A stretch of 44,281 nt of DNA from Octopus bimaculoides. Its lineage: Eukaryota. The stretch's first letter is position 1. Every line of letters starts with the position of its first letter. A model generated the notes under the pieces. It was not told the DNA's origin, did no database searches, and was given only the letters and a program-made list of their open reading frames with translations. This document shows, piece by piece, positions 37,201 through 44,281 of this stretch. The stretch is taken from NCBI RefSeq assembly GCF_001194135.2, contig NC_068987.1, positions 42,245,921 to 42,290,201 on the forward strand. Reading direction: 5' to 3'. Made by a program: the position numbers and the translations under genes.

Positions 37201-39172
37201 GTACCTTACTTTCAGAGTATTTTCCCATTATGCGCTGGTTTGGCTGTACAGATAAGCATGCATGCAAGATAAACATGCATAAACAGATAAGCATGCATGC
37301 AAGTGAGCAATCACAGAGTTTTATTAGTATATAGATATTTTGTGTTGTTGAGATGAGTGAGTGGATGCAAATACTTAGATTTTGTTTAATTTTTGAAGTA
37401 AAATCTTTAAATGATAATGCCAGAGTATTTCAAAACTATTCTTTTTTCACTGTCTGTGTGTTCAGGTGATCAAACCAGTTCAGCACGATGTCAAAGTCCA
37501 GGTTGAAACAAAAATATTAGGTTTATTGGTGAGTTGTTCTTATTTGAAACCATTATTTTTATTTTTATCATCACTGTTTACCAGCTTACTACCACCAGCA
37601 TTGCCATCATCACAACTGTAGGCATCACCACAACTAGCACTGCTGCCATTTTAGCTATACCCCCCACACACACACACACATGCACACTCACCAGTATCAC
37701 TGCTATAACAGCTGTTGATACCCTCTTCACCAACAGAAGCAGCTGTTATTGTAGTTTACAATATAAACTTGTACTTGAATGATTAAACTTTGACATTTAC
37801 ACCATAACAAATATAGAGGACAAGTTTGTATCAATGCAACCAGTCACTACTACTGCTGTTAAGCTATGTCGTCTTTAGCTTCCATCATCAACCCATTGTT
37901 TAACCCTTCATTCAGATATGACCTAAGTACACCACCTCAGCTGTATGTAGTAGCTTTACAATTATGAAGCTATGAGGGAGCCTCTTATGGTTGCTGGCTC
38001 TGCTATAAATAGCAGCCAAATTTTATATCACATCCTACTCATCAGCATCATCCTCATTTTAATGTCCACTTTCCATTTTCACATAGAGCAGATGGAATTC
38101 ATTGAGTTGTTTTTTATGGTCAGATACTTTTCTTGCCAATTCTCACCAAAGTAATATTTTCTCATGGCTGGACATGTTTTTATGGAACATTGCAAAAACA
38201 AAGGACATGGCTTGTATGATGATGGAATTCATTTACATCTGTCACATTATGTCAAGACACAAATTCATGCACACACATGTATATGCATGCATACACACTC
38301 ATACACATGCATGCACACATATACACTCACACACATGATGGGCTTTGTTTGGTTTCCATCTGCCAAATCCACTCTCAAAGGGTATATTGGATAATTGGAT
38401 GATGTTGTCTGAGATAAACTGTTTGAAAAGGCAGAATAGTCATGGTTGGAACACCTTGTATCATTGATTTCCCCAATCAGAGTTAACCTTAACAACTGTC
38501 ACATTAACTACTACCTTTGCTACCTCTAAATATCCTCTCTTGAACCACACTTCTTGGCATTATCACTAACACTGCTACTGTTCTACTATCACATCTACCA
38601 CAACTATCTACTACTACTGTCAACATTAGCACTACAACAGCTTCCATCAGTGTTGGTATGTGTTTTCATAATTATATATCTATATGTGTATACAGATATA
38701 TAATCATAAGTATATTCACATACATATATAATGTATGTGTACATGGATGGTATAAGCAATCCATTGATAGCCAATAATGATTGCCCATATGAAATGTCAT
38801 AAGTCATATCAACAAATAAGCCATCCTCTTCCATTTGTTTACTTCAGTTGCAGTTACTGATGTCCAATCTCTTCAGGTTATATTTAACCATGTTTTTGTA
38901 TCTCAGCTGAGATAAATCTTGATATCTTGTAACTCTGTGAAATATTTACTCTTTTACTTGTTTCAGTCGTTTGACTGTGGCCATGCTGGAGCACCGTCTT
39001 TAGTCGAGCAAATCGACCCCAGGACTTATTCTTTGTAAGCCTAGTACTTATTCTATCGGTCTCTTTTGCCGAACTGCTAAGTTATGTGGATGTAAACACA
39101 CCAGCATCAGTTGTCAAGCGATATTGGGGGGACAAACACAGACACACAAACTTATACACACACATACATATA

Positions 39173-39207
<35 letters not shown>

Positions 39208-42200
39208 NNNNNNNNNNNNNNNNNNNNNNNNNNNNNNNNNNNNNNNNNNNNNNNNNNNNNNNNNNNNNNNNNNNNNNNNNNNNNNNNNNNNNNNNNNNNN
39301 NNNNNNNNNNNNNNNNNNNNNNNNNNNNNNNNNNNNNNNNNNNNNNNNNNNNNNNNNNNNNNNNNNNNNNNNNNNNNNNNNNNNNNNNNNNNNNNNNNNN
39401 NNNNNNNNNNNNNNNNNNNNNNNNNNNNNNNNNNNNNNNNNNNNNNNNNNNNNNNNNNNNNNNNNNNNNNNNNNNNNNNNNNNNNNNNNNNNNNNNNNNN
39501 NNNNNNNNNNNNNNNNNNNNNNNNNNNNNNNNNNNNNNNNNNNNNNNNNNNNNNNNNNNNNNNNNNNNNNNNNNNNNNNNNNNNNNNNNNNNNNNNNNAT
39601 ATATATACATTTATACGACGGGCTTCTTTCAGTTTCCATCTACCAAATCCACTCACAAGGCTTTGGTCAGCCTGAGGCTATCGTAGAAGATAGCCCAAGG
39701 TGCCATGCAATGGGACTGAACCCAGAACCATTTGGTTGGTAAGCAAGCTACTTACCACACAGCCACTCCTATTGGGAATATTTATCATGACAAGTGAATT
39801 TCCTCCATTCTTTGGACATGTCCAAACTTGTGGAGTTTTCATTGCACAAATATCTCTTCTTTGTGAAGGAGCTTGTGAGTCCTGCTGATCTTGTCTTTCT
39901 CTGTGATATCCATGATCTGCTTCATGCATCTCACCATGAATGCATGCAATTGTTTTACATGTTCACACTATATTGTCCTTGCCTTCCACCTGTATAATAG
40001 GGCAAGTAATATTATTGCTTGATCTACTTTGTCCTTCACTCAGACTGGTGTGTACTTGTTATTCCACAACCTTTTGAATATCAGGTTGGCTTTCTACATT
40101 CTATGAACTAATTTATTACTAACATTCTTACTGTTTGTACTGTCCTAATGCATAAAGTAGCTTAACTGTACCAGCTTCTGATAACAATTACATTGTCACT
40201 GATTGTGTAGTCCAAATATATAAAGAAGTTTGTTTCTCTCAACTCCTGTTCTTTGATGAATTGTGCCACTTGACTCAAGATAGGACTTGACTGACAAAGA
40301 ACTTCAGTCTTTCAGACATCAATTTTCAAATCATGCATATTCTCTTTTCTATAGAGATAAAGGCAGAAGCATCTGCAAACAACATTTCTCTCACTAACAT
40401 GTGTGATCTTGGACTTGGATGTGAGGTACAACAACTGAAAAGGTTAGCATCAGGTCTTGAGTTGTACAGTATATTCTTGAGCATCATCAAAAAATAACAT
40501 TAACTCTAGCAGATAGACCAGCTTGACTGGGCAATGCTGAAGCTCACCTTTGTTACCCAAGTTCTCATTCCAGTATATAGTGATTCTATCAAAGACCAAG
40601 TCTTATACTGCTCCTCAGGGAAATATCCAGAACACATATCCATATTGCTTCTTCCCCTTCTGAAGCCGTTTTGAATTCCAGTAGAACTACTCTGATTTTC
40701 TCCTTCCGCCTGTTGAGCAATATTCCTGTGAGGATTTTTCCCAGCTACAGCAAGTGGATAAATTCTCTTGATTATTACCACAGTTATTCATGTCACCATA
40801 TTTTAATATGGAAAAGGTTGTCAGTATCTTTCCAGGTCACCATTTATATGAATGAATGTGTGTGTAAATATATATATATTTGTACGTGTGTATAGATTAA
40901 TTAATATGGAACCAATTGTGAACGTTTTTGTCTAATGCTTTTTTTTTTCCAGAATAATATTGCAGAAGTAGAGAAATTGCGATACGCTTTAATGCGAGAA
41001 GATTTCATCCTTCTTGTGAGGTAGGATTTTGTGGATTGTCTTTCTGTCCTTTTATTTTGCTTTGATGTGGTAAACCTTTCTCACAATAATAACCAACTGA
41101 ACCTGGGACTTTTTTTAATATAGTCAAGATACCTACCTTGTCAGTATCACCATGGGTACAAGATACTTCTGGTCTCTTTGTTTTTGGTATAAAACTCAAG
41201 TTACAGTGCCTTATTGTGTCGGATGCGTTTTGTGTATGACCTGTATTTCACAAATTAATGATGATCTTGTTAGATGTAATATTGAAGTTAATGAAGCTTT
41301 AATGGATCAATAGGAGCCACCAGCCAAAGTGTGATCCAGTGTTGAGTGCACCAACGTCTCTTATATTGTGTAAAACTCCTTATGGAAACAGACAACAATG
41401 AAATACTGATTTGATTAGGTGATTAGTAACATTGAAAAAGCTTCTGTCAGGACTTCCCAGAATAAACCCCTTGCCAATTATGCAGAATCAGTACTATTTT
41501 ATGACAGAAATCCACTTATAGAATATATCTTTTAGAAAACTAACTCTGGAACAAGTCAAAAAGAGATCTGCTATGTGCTCAATCTACTTGCTAGAAATAG
41601 CCAAATTCCATCAAATCATGTACCATTACTTAAAAGAGAAAGATACATTAGATAATGTATCCTTAGAAACTCTAAAAAGATGGAATAGCCAAAGCTGGAG
41701 TGTCTCTTACCCTAAGTCTTCTTGATCAGTATTGACCTGGTGATAAACAACAACATATATAAAATGGTTGTTATTTACTCTTCATTAATAGCAAACTTGT
41801 TGATTTAGAGAGTTAGTATTGGTAGAATAAATATAGTAGAGACCTTTAGAATAATGATCATAAATATTGTTAAATTCTATGGACATATTTTATCACTTTG
41901 AATAGTCATTGTTGCTGTTCCTGATTCACCCATCTTTATTTGGGTATAGTAGCCTTATATTTTCAACATAAAATGTGATATTCATTTTAAAAACAACTGG
42001 TAAAGAATGTTATTGAAGTAAATTTGGCTGCTGCAGTGGGAAGTCTTCAAGTGGCTTTTGCAGCCTCTGGATCTATTTTAAAACGGGGGCCACATTTTTC
42101 ATTAATGTTTTACGTAGTGTTTTGGTACCGAAAGACTTTCAAACTTCGTATACTTATCTATTTTGTGTTATAGAACAGAAAAATATTTTTGTATTCGATA

Positions 42201-43694
42201 ATTTCAACCAATCACTGACAAGTATTCAGTTGTTTATATTTACTCCTTTGGCTGATTAAGCGATGTAAAGCATATTTAATCTCAATACCTTCGTTTTATT
42301 TGCTTTTTTCATTTTAAATTTGCTTTAACCCTAACCCTAACCCTAACCCTAACCGTAGGGTTAGGGTTAGGGTTAGGGTTAATTGTTTCAGAATTATTTG
42401 TTTATGTAGTCGGCACTTAATGTATATCGGCTGAATGGATGTCAGTGATTGGTTGAAATTACAGAAATACGACAACGTTAACATGGAATAAGTTATGGAT
42501 TTCTTTTTTTTTAAAGAAGACTAAGAGAAAAAGATGTTTTATATGACACATTCTACCAGTGTTCCAAGTTTCAAAGTGTTTCGTTAATGAAAAATGTGGC
42601 CCCCGTTTTAAAAAAAATCCCAGCCTCTTAAGGTACTTTAATCCATAACGAGAACAAGATAGTAAGATATAAATGAAGAGTCAAAGTTGGCTTAGTAGAG
42701 AAACTGGGTTATCCACTAAAGATTTGACTGCTCCTGTCCAAGCACCATAGTCACCAGCATTTGTTGTGGCTGTGGCTATGACAATAAAATTGTCAACTTG
42801 CTATGTTATCTCATTCTAAATAGGAGCAATAATGCCTATAAACTGGATGACTGTTAATGTTTCAGTGCCACACATGGACTTTACTAATACTAACATGTAA
42901 TATAACTGGATATATGTTACCTGAACAATTTCCTCAATTATGAAAAAGTAAAACTGTTGACTTGCAAATAAATTCTGATAAAACTAATTAGGATTTTAAC
43001 ATATCTATTCATTCTCACAACATTCTGGCAGATTCAAAAGTGAAAATGCTGGAAATGATTTTCATTGATGAAATACAACTGCAATCAGCATATTCCTGTT
43101 CAAATATGCCTGAACTTATTACGAATGAGTAGATATGTTTATGTTTGGATTTTCAGTTATGCATGCACTCACTTCATGAATTAAAATTAGGGTTTTAAGT
43201 TCCTGTTTTATCTGTTACCCAATAAAAAGAATTGTCTATTAATAAGATTTATATTTTTATATTACTGTATCACTAGCATTGCAAATTGTAATCTATATAC
43301 CTTAAATAAGATAATTAATAATTACAATAATTAATAAATTATTCAAGGGTGGGAAGTTGTTCAATGAGAGCAACTATTTGGAGACAGTTGTCTTGATACC
43401 AAGTTCAACTTCTCTTGTGAGTAGAGTTTAGAGAAAGGTTGCGATCTGTCAACTTTTTCTTGATATACAATATTTAGTCTTTGGGATTTTGTTTCAAGGA
43501 TCCAAACAGTTCTGGCAGTCATCATGGTTATAACAAATGAATAAAATTGTCTTCTTTGTTTCAGACGTTTACTTCAGGCTGAGCAGATTGATGTGAGCTA
43601 TTTTGCTGCTGGTATATTTGCCCATTTAGCCAGTGATGCCAGTGAATATTGGATGAGTTCTAGTCTTACTAGAGATGATGTCTTAAATGAATTG
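20139..43694 (+). CDS. ZYG11: Partial ZYG11-family gene (ZYG11B-like CRL2 substrate receptor, ARM-repeat region); join(20139..20315,24267..24320,25683..25793,29993..30134,34273..34343,37466..37528,40953..41020,43565..43694)
   Basis: Eight AG/GT-bounded exons with compatible phases (0,0,0,1,0,0,2) give an 816-nt stop-free frame. Motifs QMAATACLYNLT, FPKHQQLQKNALLTLCSDRILQDV, MSVAICSILAAKIST, TLKFTLSALWNLTDESP, KILGLLNNIAEV and VSYFAAGIFAHL are collinear with vertebrate ZYG11B as recalled. Start and stop codons are not seen. Confidence 0.95.
20630..21790 (-). mobile_element. Internally deleted pogo/Tigger-like DNA transposon
   Basis: 26-bp TIRs CTGTAAAAA(T/C)CCATGTAATTTATGCA with 25/26 identity; TA on the left; subterminal gtgcataaattacatg repeat; minus-strand HTH-like peptide EHSNSAAGRHFNVNEANV*NWYKQY. 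Confidence 0.75.
21800..22150 (-). mobile_element. Heavily decayed RTE-like 3' fragment
   Basis: Weak resemblance to the reverse complement of the ORF2 end at 14800-15100. Confidence 0.35.
23400..23720 (-). mobile_element. Helitron PIF1-like helicase C-terminal fragment
   Basis: HIIEAQIITG...VFIPKILLTP...RRLQFPLKLSFTMTINKAQGQ...FSHGWFYIGCSRV. Confidence 0.85.
24267..24320 (+). CDS. ZYG11: ZYG11 exon B (LQKNALLTLCSDRILQDV)
   Basis: Acceptor cttttgaag|TTA, donor GTG|gtaagt; 54 nt; diagnostic ZYG11 motif. Confidence 0.95.
25089..25491. mobile_element. piggyBac-type MITE with a SINE inside
   Basis: TTAA|TCCTTTAGTGTT ... AATGCTAAAGGG|TTAA. Confidence 0.65.
25222..25429 (-). mobile_element. SINE (family of 26418-26642)
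   Basis: ctggtacttaatttatcgacccc...ggatgaaagg...aatttgaactcag...gctaacgtttctgccagctcg. Confidence 0.85.
25683..25793 (+). CDS. ZYG11: ZYG11 exon C (SFDRFRCAELVMDCLC...SILAAK)
   Basis: Acceptor tcaacag|AGC, donor AAG|gtaaat; 111 nt. Confidence 0.93.
25990..27382 (+). mobile_element. 5'-truncated Gypsy remnant: integrase plus 3' LTR (27181-27382)
   Basis: YLVVVDSFSKW, LFARFGIPDEIMSDNGTQF, PYHPRSNGQ; polypurine tract aaaaggggaga; LTR TGTTATA...TATAACA. Confidence 0.9.
26418..26642 (+). mobile_element. Young SINE inserted into the Gypsy integrase with a perfect 15-bp TSD
   Basis: TSD ACACCAGCAGGTGGC at 26403-26417 and 26643-26657; removal restores TPAGGSPAELMFARK. Confidence 0.92.
27577..28088 (-). 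mobile_element. Composite tRNA-headed SINE with internal (TG)n and (GAT)n tail
   Basis: Head at 27920-28088, (CA)n at 27846-27919, tail at 27577-27800. Confidence 0.8.
28445..28826 (+). mobile_element. Second copy of the composite SINE, opposite orientation
   Basis: gactgtgtggttaagaagcttgctt...aaatattacctaacttggaaataggtga...ccatgcaaacatggaaaagtgga. Confidence 0.78.
29993..30134 (+). CDS. ZYG11: ZYG11 exon D (ISTEETSRLG...TLKFTLSALWNLT)
   Basis: Acceptor gctgacag|ATC, donor G|gtgaga; 142 nt, ends phase 1. Confidence 0.95.
30424..30790 (-). mobile_element. RTE-LINE 3' UTR family copy
   Basis: catcatcatcatttaatgcctgttttccatgctagtatggg..., followed by short degenerate tandem units. Confidence 0.75.
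30945..31290 (-). mobile_element. Composite SINE copy with (CA)n
   Basis: tttccaagcaaggtaatatttccctgtggccagacatgtttt matches 27685-27725. Confidence 0.7.
31564..32585 (-). mobile_element. Young RTE-LINE 3' UTR copy with (GAC)n tail and expanded 62-bp minisatellite across a gap
   Basis: (gtc)n tail at 31565-31584; near-consensus body; 62-bp units at 32327-32585. Confidence 0.85.
32840..33310 (-). mobile_element. Decayed CR1/L2/Jockey-group LINE 3' end
   Basis: Minus-strand FFSPRMLDFWNSF resembles the terminal FF.R....WN.LP motif. Confidence 0.5.
34273..34343 (+). CDS. ZYG11: ZYG11 exon E (DESPATCNVFLNEGGLDLFMRALE)
   Basis: Acceptor ctctcag|AT completes the Asp codon; donor GAG|gtaggt; 71 nt. 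Confidence 0.95.
36750..37336 (+). mobile_element. HINE/Helentron-like non-autonomous element
   Basis: Short internal direct repeats, acagataagcatgcatgcaag twice, terminus gagttttattagtatatagat. Confidence 0.5.
37466..37528 (+). CDS. ZYG11: ZYG11 exon F (VIKPVQHDVKVQVETKILGLL)
   Basis: Pyrimidine tract plus ttcag|GTG, donor TTG|gtgagt; 63 nt. The ETKILGLL motif joins NNIAEV of the next exon. The 5' boundary is slightly uncertain. Confidence 0.87.
38045..38400 (-). mobile_element. Degenerate composite SINE copy
   Basis: ttttaatgtccactttcc...gccaattctcacc...gtaatattttctc matches 27587-27710. Confidence 0.7.
38947..39770 (-). mobile_element. tRNA-derived SINE spanning a (TA)n gap
   Basis: Tail tactcttttacttgtttcagtc; head agctacttaccacacagccactcct; cccaaggtgcc...gggactgaaccc B-box region. 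Confidence 0.85.
39780..40780 (-). mobile_element. Decayed RTE (BovB-like) RT fragment
   Basis: Minus-strand RPDANLFS...MLVREMLFAD, then FIYLDYTISDN. Confidence 0.65.
40953..41020 (+). CDS. ZYG11: ZYG11 exon G (NNIAEVEKLRYALMREDFILLV)
   Basis: Acceptor ttttccag|AAT, donor AG|gtagga; 68 nt, ends phase 2. Confidence 0.94.
42069..42620. mobile_element. 552-bp MITE with 8-bp TSD and central telomeric palindrome
   Basis: TSD CAGCCTCT at 42061-42068 and 42621-42628; ~37-bp TIR GGAT..TTTTAAAACGGGGGCCACATTTTTCATTAA. Confidence 0.9.
42325..42382. repeat. Inverted telomeric repeat (CCCTAA)4 - AACCGT - (TTAGGG)4
   Basis: Perfect 26-bp arms at 42325-42350 and 42357-42382. Confidence 0.97.
43565..43694 (+). 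CDS. ZYG11: ZYG11 exon H (RLLQAEQIDVSYFAAGIFAHL...DVLNEL)
   Basis: Acceptor tttgtttcag|A, donor TTG|gttagt; 130 nt. Confidence 0.94.
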
Positions 43695-43832
43695 GTTAGT
43701 TTTTAAATTTATTTTTCTTACGTTTAAAAACAAACAAACTCTTTTACTAATTCCAGCTACTGAGCTGTGATTATACTGATTCCCACAACTGGGCTGTGGT
43801 TGGAACTATCCTGACACAACCACAGTCTAGAG

Positions 43833-44281
43833 CAGCATTTCTCAACCAGGGTTTCTCAGAACCCTGAGGTTCCGCAAAAGATTCTTAGGGGTTCCAAGAG
43901 AAAGAGTGAGATAAGCTAATGCTAATTTCATGATCATAATATTACTATACATGCACAACATATTATTGATTATTGTAATATAGACATCATCCTATCTAAC
44001 CTATTATGTTATCAAAAAAATATAACAACCATTGGGGATATATATATATATGGAGTATCCAGAAATTTGTAATATGTTGTAATTTGTTACAATATTTTAC
44101 GAGACATCTTATGATGTGGTTTATTTTTCCGGGATACCCTATTGAAATGTGCATAGGTTTGGCTTATTGTGGTTGTTTCTGTTATTATAATTGTTGCTGC
44201 AATAAAGTATCTTCAATGCATTGATTTTGAGCTCTATCCTTTAAGAGACATGTATACATATATATATACAAAAACTCAACT
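43833..44281. mobile_element. Left end of a hAT (Charlie/Buster-like) element; right end not seen
   Basis: GTCTAGAG|CAGCATTTCTCAACCAGGG matches a CAG..TTTCTCAAC terminus after an nTCTAGAn target; extent unknown. Confidence 0.5.

Larger units (their letters stand above)
8316..39598. other. Assembly gaps: 8316-8730, 10096-10195, 10987-11140, 13402-13515, 31768-32326, 36915-36924, 39208-39598
   Basis: N runs, mostly abutting (TA)n or tandem repeats. Confidence 1.

Noticed and set aside
8207-39742. Long ORFs containing X runs or HT/YI/YY repeats (for example 8207..8758, 27772..28181, 31638..32605, 39082..39742)
   Set aside because: Artefacts of N gaps and microsatellites.
42325-42382. Telomere-telomere chromosome fusion scar
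   Set aside because: A fusion reads (TTAGGG)n-(CCCTAA)n. Here the order is reversed, the tract is tiny, and it lies inside a TSD-flanked transposon.

Overview
AT-rich eukaryotic genomic DNA with 7 N-gaps. The repeat content (CA/TA/AAT microsatellites, tRNA-headed SINEs, RTE LINE tails ending in (GAT)n) most resembles an octopus or other coleoid cephalopod; that assignment is inferred, not verified. The only host gene I can support is a partial ZYG11-family gene (CRL2 substrate receptor). Eight plus-strand GT-AG exons between 20139 and 43694 splice into one open frame of 816 nt (272 codons) matching the ARM-repeat region. Its 5' and 3' exons are not visible. Nearly everything else is intronic transposon debris: a three-level nest (foldback > Gypsy > piggyBac) at 0.3-7 kb, a second Gypsy remnant, RTE, CR1/L2-like, R4/Dong-like and Penelope-like retroelements, Helitron/Helentron pieces, pogo-, piggyBac- and hAT-like elements, and many SINEs. 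The most unusual objects are a 552-bp MITE built around a perfect telomeric-repeat palindrome, hammerhead-ribozyme-shaped remnants linked to Penelope-like sequence, and a 62-bp minisatellite carried inside a LINE 3' UTR. I found no prokaryotic system, CRISPR array or genuine RNA gene, and no evidence for a wholly new gene system. All alignments and counts were done by eye.
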